From positions 120,189,460 to 120,252,827 of the forward strand of contig NC_068983.1 of the NCBI RefSeq assembly GCF_001194135.2: DNA of 63,368 nt, given 5' to 3'. This document shows, one piece after another, positions 37,976-50,699 of the stretch (positions are counted from its first letter, which is position 1; each line of letters starts with the position of its first letter). Below the pieces are notes generated by a model. That model was not told the origin of the DNA. It searched no databases and saw nothing but the letters and a program-made list of their open reading frames with translations. A program made the position numbers and the translations under genes. This DNA is from Octopus bimaculoides. Its lineage: Eukaryota.

Positions 37976-39599
37976 AGCTATTGTCTATTAAGTAATTATT
38001 TGATTATGTTGGATGCCAGCCCACAGTACAGAGAGAGAGAGAGAAAGTATGTAATTAAGGTACTGAACCACTGACCAGTTAGTCCTCATAACAGCAGTTT
38101 CCTTGCTTCCTCATATTCTTATCCAATACACTGACTATCTAAATACTTTTGACAAGTTTCTCACCTCTTAATTAAGCTCTTACCTGACCACCACTGACCT
38201 GTCCCCTTTAGATGAAAAAAAAAGGGGAAAAACCATCCACATTATTCTGCTGCACAAGAAACCCTCCATTCTGTATTTTTTGTTACTTCAAGTCAATTTA
38301 CTGATGAGCGCTCTGCCAATTCTATCCTGAATACTTGTGGTATTTTCCCCTTTGACCCAACACATGGTAGGTATGTCCCTTTACATTTCATACACATGAA
38401 AGCCAACATTTCTCAACCCTTCTATGTGGTGTATTCACAACTGTAATACAGCAGTGCAGGTAAATAATTCAGTCTACAATATGTACAGGACACCACCATT
38501 GGTTATCTATTATTATTATAACACCAACAAAATGATTGTTAGATGTGCAAAAGTTATCTTCATGCAATGCAGAGCCTAAAAGCTACTTCACTTCTCAAAA
38601 ACTAACCAGTCTGGTTATCAGTCTGCCAGATGACCATTTTGATTTCATCTAAGAGAGAAACATGAATGTAGAATTTTGAAGAAAAAAAAAGAAGAAATCT
38701 TCTCAATGAAGATTTCTATATTTGCTTAAACCAACACTAGAGGTGGAGTTAGTGATGATTGTGTTAGCTGTAACTAGGCAGGAATAAAAAATATCTAATG
38801 AACTGTGAATTCAGTAGAAAGCAATGTTTCCTGCATGTCTGGCATGGTGATCTCTATAACAATTAGTGTTGACTTTTCATTAACCCTTTAGCATTTAAAC
38901 TGACTATATCAGGCCCAAAATATTGTACCTGTTTTATGTCTATATCTCTTTTAGGGAAGAGGGTATCTAGAGTGTGCAAAGAATATTAGCTTAAGAAATG
39001 CAATGAATAGATGCAATTTACATCTCACAAAAAGCTCTTTAAGCAGAATCTGAATATCTTGTAAACGATAAGAGAAATTATTAATTAACTATGAGATGTA
39101 TATAGAAGTTGGAAAATAGTATAAAACTGTTGGAAGATATTAAAGATTCTGAAGGATATATAGTATAAAAAGTATAAAAAGAACTCAGAAGATATCAAGA
39201 AAAAGAAAAAAACTATTTTGTGAGAAAGGAAAATATATGTTTGAAACTTTTAGGAAAGTTGATGAATTCATAGATGTGGATAAATTATTGTTGTGGATTA
39301 AAATATCAGACCTTAAAGCTTTTGATAATAAACCTGGCTGAGACTAGTCCTAATTCTATGATACAAAGCTTTTCATTTTAAATTCTTCATAATTAAATTA
39401 AAACATTTCATCATAATTTTATGTAAGAAATTTTTATTAAGATATGTATGAAAAAGTAGTTTAATATTGAAAAAATTTACTTATTTTACTAATTCCTTTT
39501 ACACTGTGAGTATTTTCATAATTGATTGAAAAACAGACTTCATGAAAAAATTAGTCATGAACCTGAAACTGAAGTACTGAACTTTGTAAACATAAGAAC

Positions 39600-40490
39600 A
39601 GTTCTTTGCAAACAAACTTCTATATTGGTAAAACAACTGAATGTGAAATGAATATTGAGAAAGTGTACAAGTAATAAGTGAATGCAGTAAATTAATTCAG
39701 AAGGGATATATAAGACATGATAACGTGGCCTGGACTACCTATAAAAAATTATATGCAAAGTATAAGTTATAAAGAACAGAGAAATAGCATAAACACCAAC
39801 TCCCAGTATATTCAAGACTCAGGACATCAAAATCCTTTGGGAATTTCATCAGTTAATGTGGTCATAGGATAAGAAGAGCAGAAGACCTGATATGGTTGCA
39901 GTGAATAAAAATGCTAACAAGATATAAATTAATTATCCAGGCGCAAGAGTGGCTGTGTGGTAAGTAGCTTGCTTACCAACCACATGGTTCTGGGTTCATT
40001 CCCACTGCGTGGCACCTTGGGCAAGTGTCTTCTACTATAGCCTCGGGCTGACCAAAGCCTTGTGAGTGGATTTGGTAGATGGAAACTGAAAGAAGCCTGT
40101 CGTATATGTGTATATATATATATATGTATGTAGTATATGTTTGTCCTCCCAACATCGCTTGACAACTGATGCTGATGTGTTTATGTCCCCCGTAACTTAG
40201 CGGTTCGGCAAAAGAGACCGATAGACTAAGTACTAGGCTTACAAAGAATAAGTCCTGGGGTTGATTTGCTTGACTAAAAGCGGTGCTCCAGCATGGCCGC
40301 AGTCAAATGACTGAAACAAGTAAAAGAGTAAAAGAGAGAGGGTATACAAGAATTGAGATCAAGGAACAAGAATCAGGAGAGAAGTACAAGAAACTCAAGT
40401 GAAAGATTACAAATATATAGTTACAAAGGAAGATACATGTAGTAACAATAGTGATAGGGTCTTGAGATATGGTATCTAATATACTAGATA
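39600..40490 (+). mobile_element. R4/Dong-like (restriction-like endonuclease) non-LTR remnant split by a SINE
   Basis: ECSKLIQKGYIRHDNVAW (39680), IKILWEF (39826), RRPDMVAVNK (about 39880). After the SINE: TRIEIKEQESGEKYKKLK...VVTIVIGS. This is the CCHC/RHD + PD..D + K..KY architecture. Confidence 0.7.
39939..40338 (+). mobile_element. Second tRNA-headed SINE family (internal microsatellite, AGTAAAAG tail), best copy
   Basis: GAGTGGCTGTGTGGTAAGTAGCTTGC...GGGTTCATTCCC head, central (TA/TG)n, tail GAAACAAGTAAAAGAGTAAAAGAG. Other copies at about 296-470, 1198-1515, 4205-4360, 5329-5550(-), 13990-14360, 14663-15117, 22070-22450(-), 31350-31990, 41180-41540 and 46445-46590. Confidence 0.9.
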
Positions 40491-41781
40491 TATAGTTAAG
40501 CAAAGTTAGTCTCACAGAGGTGATGACAAATGACTGAGACTTTTGGTGATTTGCTGGGCTTGAGAAAACACATCAAGCTAAGTGAAATGGTAGTTGTGTC
40601 AGTGCTGGTGACATGTGAAAAGCACCTGGTATACTCTGTGGAGTGGTTGGCATTAGTAAGGGCATCCAACTATAGAAACCAAACCACAACAGACTGGAGT
40701 CTGCTGCAGCTCGCTGGCTTACCAGTCCCAGTCAAACTGTATAACCCACACCAGCATGGAAAATGGACGGTGAATAATGATGATGATGAAAGAAAGGAGA
40801 TAAATTTTTGATATCTAGTTAGACAAAACAGATAATCTTTAACAGACTAGACAAATGGCTAACTGAAATAGAAAGATGTGCAAGTATAGATTAGATAAAT
40901 GTTTAAAATCAGAAGTAATACATTTTGTAGATATGGCTACTAATAGATTTAAATAAGTAGTTAACTGAAATGGGAATCAAAGTTTGAACAGACTGGTTCT
41001 AAATATTACTTTACCGGGAATATCTAGAGAATTAAGTACAGTGTTAGAAATATGCATTAAATACCAAATAAAGTAAGTATAAAAGGATTTTGTTACCAGA
41101 AATTATGAGCTTTGATTTGCTTCTAAAGGCATGAATTTTAGAATAAGATTATTGAAATTGGAAAAGAGAAATAAATAAATATGTGACTGTGTGGTAAGAA
41201 GCTTACTTTCCAACCACATGGTTCCAGGTTCAGTCTTACTACATGATACCTTGGGCAGCTGTTTTCTACTATAGCCTCGAGCTGACCAAAGCCCTGTGAG
41301 ATTTGGTAGACAGTAACTAAAAGAAGCCCATCATATAGGTGTGTGTTTGTGTCTGAGTTTGTCCTCCCCTATCACTGCTTGACAACCAGTGTTGGTGTGT
41401 TAACGTTTCCTGTAACCTAGCAGTTCGGGAAAAGAGATTGATAGTATAAGTACTAGGCTTAAAAAAAAAAGTCCTGTGGTCGATTTGTTCAAGGCAGTGT
41501 TCCAGCATGGCTGCAGTCAAATGACTGAGATAAGTAAAAGAATAATAACACTGGTTTTCTTATTTTGGCATGCGGAAAAACACACTTTTAGGGGAAAGAT
41601 GTAGGTGTTTGAAATAATTCTAGTAGTTAACTGTTGCATATTTTGCTGCATGCAGGCAATGATTTTGAAGAAAGCATCACATACATGCCACTTAGACACG
41701 TCATTCCAGACATGTCCCAGTTCAGGGAATAGAAATTAAGAAAATACCATCCAATAGGATATGAAAAACTGTTTTCCTTAA

Positions 41782-42003
41782 CCCTTTCATTACCATACTT
41801 ATTTTGTGATGCTCTGTGTTTCTTTCAATTAATTTTAAATATAACAAAGAATTTAGTAAAATAACTTAGTTATCATTAAACTAGTGTTAGGAACATAAAT
41901 TGTGACTAAGGTTTGGTGGAAGATTTTAATTCAGAACTTATGATAACAAGACATTTGTACTACAGAGCCAGAGGCAGTTTCAGCCGGGTTGGTATCGAAA
42001 GGG
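41782..42003. mobile_element. piggyBac-type MITE
   Basis: TTAA|CCCTTTCATTACCA ... TGGTATCGAAAGGG|TCAA: 14-bp imperfect TIR with TTAA/TCAA target duplication. Confidence 0.7.
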
Positions 42004-42369
42004 TCAAACTGCACTCCAACAAAATCGCTGCACACATAAAAGAAACACTATGTTTCAACTTTATTATACATGAAGATTATACAGTTAAATCGTCTTAGAG
42101 TTGCTACAAATGCTAGATCTCACAATGGTGACCATGTCTCCTACATAGCTAGAATTGCATTCCAAAAACCACACTTCTTTTATCAGAACCAAGCTTGAGC
42201 TTCTATGAGACCACTTGATATGCTAGAAATAGTAGCCAAATCTTAAATCACAACCTATCATCTTAAAAAAAAATAAAAATAGAAGACACATTGTAAAATG
42301 TAGTTCTAAATATACAAAAAGATGTGATGGTAATAGCTACAATGCTTTTGATCATAGTTGTGCATTGTT

Positions 42370-42700
42370 TAGACTAACCTGGTACCAAACATCAAAGTCA
42401 CAACTTCAGCTCTGAACAGTTGCTGAGTCTCGACAATGCCATAAGCAAAACCTATATTAGAATACTGCTTACATGTCTGGGATGGTGCTATTGATACACA
42501 AATAGCATAGATCATCACCACTAAAAAGCCATTTGGTTGATTGGTAAGCATTACACTACCAACACAGGCATGCTGTCTCTTCTACATCTACTACAGCTGC
42601 TTCCATGAACTAGTTAACAGTGCACTATATCTACTTGGCTCTTTTCAACTTGTTCTTTCTACAACATCTGTTTTACCTCATAAATTCAGTGATTCACTCT
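42370..42700 (+). mobile_element. CR1/L2-type RT C-terminal remnant
   Basis: KPILEYCLHVWDGA matches the RP.LEY...VW motif. Confidence 0.45.
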
Positions 42701-43139
42701 TATCTTTCTTAATGCCTGACCCTAACCCTAACCCCTCTACTTGCATGGGTTAGACAGGTCTGAAGTGCAGTATATTGTAATTCTGAAACTCCTGTATAGG
42801 GCCTTCTTCTCACTGCAGGTATCTGGAATACCGTCAAAGTCTACATTTACCTCACAGAAATCAACCCACAAACTAGTAGGTGAACATCAACTTCAATCTG
42901 CAAGGACTTCCAAATGTCTTGGATACATCTCCCTTCACTCCAATTTCATGGTTCTTGATAGCACCTCTGAATGAAAACAGGGTGTAACAATTCGTTCACA
43001 CCAACTTGGGAAATTTCACTTTTGTGAAATTTGGCATAACATATTTTTATATATTTGATTTGCAAGATTCTTGATGTGAAATCGTGTGTTGAAACAGTTA
43101 TTGTTATACTTGGGGATGGTCATATTTTGCCAATTAAAC

Positions 43140-43363
43140 ACTATATGTTTGATCTTTACTTTAACTTTATTATTATTATTTTTGTTCCTTTGTCAAAGCT
43201 CTTTTGTCACACATCATGTGACCTCTTCAGTGACTGTTTATTGTACGTGTCCACATTGACTAAGCAAAACAAGAGGAGACACGTGGGAAAAAGAGTCACT
43301 GAAGAGCTTTGACAAAGAAACTAAAATGATAATAATAAAGCTGAAGTAAAGACCAAACATAGT
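43140..43363. repeat. Inverted repeat (~65-bp arms) carrying a degenerate hammerhead motif
   Basis: Arms 43140-43203 and about 43302-43363. Minus strand 43234-43192 reads GTCA-CTGAAGA-GGTCAC..GTGAC-AAAA-GAGCTT-TGAC. Confidence 0.7.
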
Positions 43364-43853
43364 GGGTATGTTTAACTGGCAAAATATGACCACCCCCGAG
43401 TATAACAATTTTTGCATATACTTACATGAGAAGCAAGGATCTTTCAGGTTGATCTGCTGTGCCATCTACTTTACCTTAGTCATCCATCAGAGAAAACCTC
43501 TTTGACTTTAACTACTAGATGAAGACATAAAATGCATTTCTGTCTTTTCTACAGTCAGTTATTTACCTACCCAGAACTTCAACTATCTAGAATTCCTTCT
43601 TGGTTTATTCTTCTAATAAATATATTTTAACATCCAGTTTAATGTTCAACTTATTGAAATATTACTTCATAAAAACTGCATAAAAAACATAATTGAAAAA
43701 CAACAAAACATGATTATTATTTCCATATATTTATTATGTAAGTAAATAATGTTTGTAATAACAGAAAGCAAATCAATGAAAACTACAAAACAGATAATTT
43801 AATGTAATGTTCAGTAAAAAAAACATGAAAATCTGGTAACTCTATTATTAAGT

Positions 43854-43994
43854 TTAACAAAAACAATGATACAATACAGTGATACAATGTTTCAATGGAT
43901 CCACAACAAGATAAGCAAATGTTTGAATATGTGCATCATCAGATGGATATATCATGGTGTCATCTTCATCCTGCAACATAGAAGAGAGATCTGA
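43854..43994 (-). CDS. Candidate terminal coding exon of an unidentified minus-strand gene
   Basis: Pyrimidine-rich acceptor (ttttgtttcttttgtggtaactttacag; alternative in-frame acceptor at 43970). Reads SDLSSMLQDEDDTMIYPSDDAHIQTFAYLVVDPLKHCITVLYHCFC*. Minus-strand AATAAA at 43730-43735. Product not recognised. Confidence 0.5.
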   Translation of the reverse strand, partial: SDLSSMLQDEDDTMIYPSDDAHIQTFAYLVVDPLKHCITVLYHCFC

Positions 43995-44082
43995 CTGTAA
44001 AGTTACCACAAAAGAAACAAAAATCTTAAAAGTATTTATTTCTAAATGCAACTAATTTTTCCCAAAATTATCCCTGATATTT

Positions 44083-44235
44083 GGTGGGGTGCTGAAAAGT
44101 TTCTGGCTTTCAGGGTATTGTGAAAGGCCTTTTGAGTTCTTTTACAGGGCTTAGAAAAACTAAAAGACTGGTTCAATGTGTGTGAATCTGAGAGGGGACT
44201 GTGTTGAATAAGATCATAATTAACTGATCTTGGGT
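44083..44235 (+). mobile_element. Internally deleted mariner remnant
   Basis: GGGGTGCTGAAAAGTT end-like sequence followed shortly by (K)CVNLRGDCVE*, a transposase C-terminus. Confidence 0.4.
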
Positions 44236-45989
44236 TCAAATTTTGTTGATAAATTTCTGTAATTATAATTATTATTTTTAAAATAATGATTTATAACAGT
44301 CACAATATGCAAATCTAAGAAATAATAAAATCAATTGAATTGAGCCTGATACAAACTTGGTATGTAGTTTATGGAACACAGACGAGCAAAACAAAACAAA
44401 GTTAATCTCAGCAATATTTGAAGCTTTAGTATAACAGGAAATAATGAAAATACTGCAAGCTATTACATCTTATGGTCTATTGCAGTGATTGCCAACATGG
44501 GGCATATGCCTGGGAAAATTGTGGTGGGGCGTAGTGCCATATTCACCAGGTCCAAGGTCCTCATTAAAGTGACTCACTTTTTTTTTTCTCTTAGTCAATG
44601 ATGTACTTCTTTTGTACTCAGTATTTAATAAAAGAGTTACCAGTAGATTCCTTTGTTTTAAATAACAGTGATAAAATATTTTTTTCTACTCTAGGGACAA
44701 GACTCAAATTTTTGGGGAGGGGGCCAGTCGATTAGATTGGCCCCAGTACACAACTGGTAATTAATTTATCAACCCTGAAAGGGTGAAAGTCAAAGTTGAC
44801 CTCAGTGGAATTTGAACTCAGAATGTAAAGACAGATGAAATACCACTAAGCATTTTGCTCGGCATGCTATCAAAGTAAAAGAACACCAAAATTGAAATAA
44901 GTAAAAGTAAAAACAGAACCAATAATAATTGTTGTTTTTTCTTTGAAAAAGCATAAAGAAATACACATAGAGAAGCTCACAGATTTTATATAGTCCAAAA
45001 GATATCACCAGCAGGCCCAGCATAGATTCTTTCCAAGCAGTGGCATTGTACAGGGTTTGGCACCCTGTGTGGTAACCAAATTGGCCATCCACTTCCTTGA
45101 ACGTAACATACCATTCAACTCAGTAGTAAATGCATATAATGGCTACCCTGTGTAGTTTCCACACCTCACATACCTCATGCTGTGCCACTGTTTGCAAGGT
45201 ATTTTAAATTATCTAATCTATAGACATCATCATTTACATTATTTACAATTGACGGATATTTGTCCTCAACTTGTTTGTTGAACTATAGCCATCATATCCT
45301 GTAATATGAGTTCTTAAAACTTATAGCACACCTCACATAACACATACTCAAAATAATCATGTTTCAATTCTTAACATATCTCACAAGGCACATATTTATA
45401 CATAATCACTTCCCAATACTGTAACAACAAAATTATTCACTATAACACAAATTATACAGCATGTTTTCAAAAGAATCACCTCTAAATGCCATAAAATTAC
45501 TCAGACAGCACATATTCTAGCAATTACTCCCCATTAATGTAACAAAAATTATACAATGAATCATCATCATCATCATCATCCTCATTATCATTTAGCATCC
45601 ATTTTCCATGCTGGTATGGGTTAGATGGCTTGATTGGAACTGGTAAGCTGGAGAGCTGAATCACATTCCAGTCTGTTTTGGTTTGGTTTCTATGGCTGGA
45701 TGCCAACCATTCCATAGAGTGTACTGGTTGTCTTCTGTGTGTCACTGGCATGGGTGCCTTTTACATGTCACCAGCACAGGTGCCCAATGAAACAAACAGG
45801 CATAATACATGAATTTAGGTGTACCACATGTTCCCTCTTAATCTCCCTTCCAAAGAAAAGCACAACACTGTACATAACATTGGTGGAGTGATGCAAAAAA
45901 TTACATGCTAATGCTGTGGGTAGATGTGAGTAATAATAATAATAATTTCTGATTTAGACACCTTCCAGGATTTGAAAAGTACTTTATTT

Positions 45990-46048
45990 TACTGCTGCTG
46001 CTACTACAGCTACTGCTGCTGCTACTACTACTACTACTGCTGCTACTG

Positions 46049-46091
<43 letters not shown>

Positions 46092-46115
46092 CACTACCAT
46101 GATGATGATGATGAT
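45990..46115. repeat. Compound (CTG/CTA/GAT)n trinucleotide repeat
   Basis: Direct reading. Confidence 0.95.
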
Positions 46116-46587
46116 GAAAACAGTGATGACAACAACAAGAATAATTTTGGTACGAGGCCAGCAATTATAAGAGAAGGGTTTAGTTGATTAAATTGACCAC
46201 GGAAGAGATTATGAAGATGATAAAGAGAGAAAAAGAATGAGAAATATTTCTCAATCTCAACAACCTGTTAAATATCAACATAATAGTACACTGATCATGT
46301 TATTTTTATATTTGTTTTAGATCTTTAAACATTTTTTTTCTAATGGCATAAAACTGTGAGTAATTGAAGAGGGAATAAGATACTGTGATGTTTTGGCCTC
46401 TCTACAGAATTTTATAGCAATATAACCCCGTGTGTGGTTTATAGGCAGATATAGCTGTGTGGTTATGAAATTTGCTTCTCAACCATGTGGTCTTGGGTTT
46501 GGTCCTACAGTGTGGCATTTTGGGCAAATGCTTTCTACTATACACTCAGGCTAACCAAAGCCTTATGAGTGCATTTTGTAGCTTTGG

Positions 46588-46671
<84 letters not shown>

Positions 46672-46921
46672 NNNNNNNNNNNNNNNNNNNNNNNNNNNNN
46701 NNNNNNNNNNNNNNNNNNNNNNNNNNNNNNNNNNNNNNNNNNNNNNNNNNNNNNNNNNNNNNNNNNNNNNNNNNNNNNNNNNNNNNNNNNNNNNNNNNNN
46801 NNNNNNNNNNNNNNNNNNNNNNNNNNNNNNNNNNNNNNNNNNNNNNNNNNNNNNNNNNNNNNNNNNNNNNNNNNNNNNNNNNNNNNNNNNNNNNNNNNNN
46901 NNNNNNNNNNNNNNNNNNNNN

Positions 46922-47209
46922 CTCATCGATGAAAATCCACAGTCACATATAGAAAATTAATAAGTAAAAGCACAATAAATAAGTATAATATAATACAAAG
47001 TAAATATCATAAGATAAAGATAATAAAACGACTACATGTATTTCATTTAAATCGATTTTTTTCTTTCTATTTCAAAATTGGTTATGAAACACGTGTAGTC
47101 GTTTTATTATCTTTATCTTATGATATTTACTTTGTATTATATTATACTTATTTATTGTGCTTTTACTTATTAATTTTTCTATATGTGACAGTGGATTTTC
47201 ATCGATGAG
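46922..47209. repeat. Long inverted repeat (~125-bp arms, 37-bp spacer)
   Basis: 46922-47046 is the reverse complement of 47084-47209 with about 4 differences. The left end is cut by the gap. Confidence 0.9.
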
Positions 47210-47256
47210 TTCATGAACCTTGGTTCTTTTCCCTAAAACTATATATTTATATATAC

Positions 47257-47292
<36 letters not shown>

Positions 47293-47635
47293 ATGTATTT
47301 ATATGCTTGAGAGAGACAGAGAGAGAGAAAGAGAGAGAGAGCACATGAGTGTGTGTGTCTTGATATCATGTGATGGTTGTAAACCAAGCATCACTGTTAT
47401 GTTAAATAATGCTCTTTATTTCCAGTTTTCCATTAAAAAAAATGTCTGGAAACATATGAGGGTTGGCAACAGAAAGGGCATCCAGTTGTAGGAAAAAAAA
47501 AAGTCTGTCTCAGCAAATTCCATCTGATCCATGAATGCATAGATGTTAAATGATGGCGATGATGATGAATCAATTAAAGACTGCTACAAGAGAGATTTAG
47601 CTCTAATTTCTAATGGGCAGAGCATCCATCTAGAG

Positions 47636-47856
47636 TAGCGGTTCTCAACTAGGGTCCGCACAACCTTTAGGGGTCCATATAAGAATTTGATGTTAAAATT
47701 TACATGCAATAAACTGTTTATACTTCTACAATACATAAAATATTTGAATACTTTTTCTATACAATTTCTAATAATATTTAATTATGACAAGATGATAGGA
47801 TTTTTAAACATTGAATGGCCAGGGGTCCATAGGCAAAAAAGGGTTGAGAAACACTG
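47636..47856. mobile_element. hAT MITE, older family
   Basis: TIR TAGCGGTTCTCAAC / GTTGAGAAACACTG. Degenerate 8-bp TSD ATCTAGAG / ATGTAGAT. Homologous to 61929-62177. Confidence 0.75.
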
Positions 47857-47913
47857 ATGTAGATGCTCTCTCATTATCTCATGGACATTTTTTTTGTTTG
47901 ATACTGTATCAGC

Positions 47914-48295
47914 GTGGAGGCGCAATGGCCCAGTGGTTAGGGCAGCGGACTTGCGGTCATAGGATCATGGTTTCGATTCCCAGACTGGGCGTTGTGAGTG
48001 TTTATTGAGCGAAAACACCTAAAGCTCCACGAGTCTCCGGCAGGGGATGGTGGTGAACCCTGCTGTACTCTTCCACCACAACTTTCTCTCACTCTTACTT
48101 CCTGTTTCTGTTGTGCCTGTAATTCAAATGGTCAGCCTTGTCACACTGTGTCACGCTGAATATCCCCGAGAACTACGTTAAGGGTACACGTGTCTGTGGA
48201 GTGCTCAGCCACTTGCACGTTAATTTCACAAGCAGGCTGTTCCGTTGATCGGATCAACTGGAACCCTCGACATCATAAGTGACGGAGTGCCAACA
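47914..48295 (+). mobile_element. Full-length tRNA-headed SINE (family with (AAC)n tail)
   Basis: A box TGGCCCAGTGG, B box GTTTCGATTCC, tail GGAGTGCCAACA. 11-bp TSD ACTGTATCAGC (47903-13, 48296-306). Confidence 0.92.
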
Positions 48296-48394
48296 ACTGT
48301 ATCAGCAATCAGCAAGGTAGCAGTAAGCATTGTCAGATTAAATATCAAACTTAGAACCTAGAAGATATGCTTCCTTCAGCTGTATTGTCCTCAT

Positions 48395-48508
48395 AAGATA
48401 ATGTTTTATAACTACATTGCTATATAAACTTGAAGATAATGTTTTATAACTACATTGCTATATAAACTTGAAGATAATGTTTTATAACTACATTGCTATA
48501 TAAACTTG
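48395..48508. repeat. Perfect 38-bp tandem triplication
   Basis: AAGATAATGTTTTATAACTACATTGCTATATAAACTTG x3. Confidence 0.95.
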
Positions 48509-48549
48509 AAAATTTTTGTATTCATTGCTGACAGTACAAGAAAATCACT

Positions 48550-48899
48550 TGTGCTGGTGACATGTGAAAAGAACCCATGCTGGTGATATGTAAAAAGCAC
48601 CTGTGCCAGTGACATGTAAAAGGCACCTATGCTAGGGGACATGTAAAAGGCACTCCTGCTGGTGACAATGTAAAAGGCACCTGTGCTGATGACACATATA
48701 AGGCACTTGTGCCAGTGACATGTAACAGCATCCAGTACACTCTGTAGATTGGTTGGTATTAGGAAAGGCATCCAGCTGTAGAAACCAAGCCAAAACAGAC
48801 TGGCACCTGGTGCAGCTCTCCATCTTACCAGCCCCAGTCACACCACCTTACTCATGCCAGAATAGAAAATAGATGCTAAATGATGATGATGATGATGAT
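48550..48899 (+). mobile_element. RTE-3'UTR-derived short element with a ~26-bp minisatellite
   Basis: About 7 units of (T)GTGCTGGTGACATGTAAAAGGCACC, then GGTTGG..TAGGAAAGGCATCCAGCTGTAG and a (GAT)n tail as in 33540-33717. Other copies at about 1770-1949, 13686-13820(-), 16820-17070, 25550-25808, 40595-40790 and 45551-45790(-). Confidence 0.8.
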
Positions 48900-50699
48900 C
48901 CATATGGAATCAGAAATATTCTTCCCAATGTTTTCATTATACTATGATCAATGTTACAGTGACAAATAAATGTAGCTAGTATCTTGCTTCTATGCACTTA
49001 CATATTTTAAACATATAATTTCAGAATGATTCAACTGAACTTTTGCAGTCTATAGTAATATTTATGTCCTGATACAATATCAAATCTGCAAATAAATGCT
49101 ATATCTCTTCTATTTCTTGCCGAAGTAACCAAAAGTACTTAATTTTATTTTCATCCCATTTTACAACTCCCAATAAAAAATAAGAATTACTTATAATTAT
49201 TTATAATTTGTTCCAAAGAATACTTGTTCCAAAGAATACTTGTTCCAAAGCAAATGCAAATTGAAATTGAATGTTACATGTTTTTACATTAATTATTTAC
49301 TATAATTGCCAATTAATAGAATGATTAATTGAAAGTATTTGTTAAGATAAATTTCACTCCCAAACCCAAATCTTGACTGCAATATGAAGTATTTTAAGTC
49401 CTTCATATGTTTCCTCTCAGACATTTATATAAATAAATCAAAATTAATCTGTTCTCTTCATGATATAATTAATATAACAGCTTATAATTTATTGTTCAAT
49501 GAAAAACCCAATAAGATAGCACCATTTTTAATAAGAAGTATGTCTAGATTTGTAAGACTCATGCATTATTTGATTAGTGTAAGATTAAGCAAATTTTATG
49601 TCAAACCGAAAGAAAGGGAAATAAAAAAATTTGCATTACATAAATTTATATAAACTAAAGCAAGTTTTCAATAAAAGAGTAAATGTACCTAAGGAACAGT
49701 GAAAATGTTTTTTAACAAGTGAAATTATGTGACACATGATTGGCGAAATATTAATCTGCAAGAGTGTCACGATCATTTGTTGGTATTTAAGCTTAATTAA
49801 GATGTCTGGAACCAAATCTGTGTGGCTCCATATAATGTAATATTTATTAGATATACATATTTTCTTTCTAGAGATAGTGACTGCAAATTCTTTAATAAAC
49901 ATGCTTCAAATGGAATGAGATATAAAACATAGTTTTTCTTCCTTTATTAAGACGTTATTACATAAGTTTAAAGCAATATGTACCTTTGATAAGTCACAAA
50001 TGCAGTCAGAAGCTCTTTTATTAAATAAGATAAATACTTTTATTTCTTTTCTTATCAAAATTTTATTACTTTTCAATTATCCTTTCCATAATAAAACTTT
50101 TATAAATAAATTAATGAACACCACTTTTTTAACAACTTATAAAAGGTAAGTTAACTGGAGATTTCTAGCAGAAACATTGCCAATAATATAGGACACTTCC
50201 TCTAAAACAAAGCCACAGAATCTTGATACTCACCACCTCAAACAAATACCACATAAATTACATTAATAATATGTCAAAATGTTTACTAACATAGTGGGTT
50301 TTACTTACAGTTTTATTACACATCAATAAAAAGAAATCTTATACGATAACATGTGCAGATTGAATAGTCAATAAACAAGTCCGCAAAATGAGGACGTTTG
50401 TTACACATCTGAAATTTTTCAGTTTCCTATTAGTATCAGTTCTCACCTAGTACTATTTCATTTCACTAATGCTGCTTTTAGTAAAGGCATAAAATAGACT
50501 AGTTCCCTTGACAGAGACATGAATACTGCAATGTATCATTTACTTAACTCTCTAAATGTATGTGAGGAGCATTGCTGTTGTTCTTAAGATTATAATTTTC
50601 TAGAAAAATAACCTCCTTAGATTGCATTATGAACATGATCATAATTATGTCTCCCTCACTCTAATTCTCCCCCTCCTCCTCCTTTTTGAGAGCCAAATG

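Noticed and set aside
38304-38330. CTGATGA hammerhead-like start
   Set aside because: No stem II-GAAA downstream.
45901-46187. Poly-Ser / poly-Tyr ORFs
   Set aside because: Translations of a trinucleotide microsatellite.
47914-47990. tRNA gene (also at 6351, 39939 and 51200)
   Set aside because: A/B boxes are present, but the sequence continues into a SINE body with tail and TSD, with no acceptor-stem closure.
48550-48735. CRISPR-like array
   Set aside because: Contiguous degenerate units with no unique spacers, in eukaryotic repeat context and with no cas genes.
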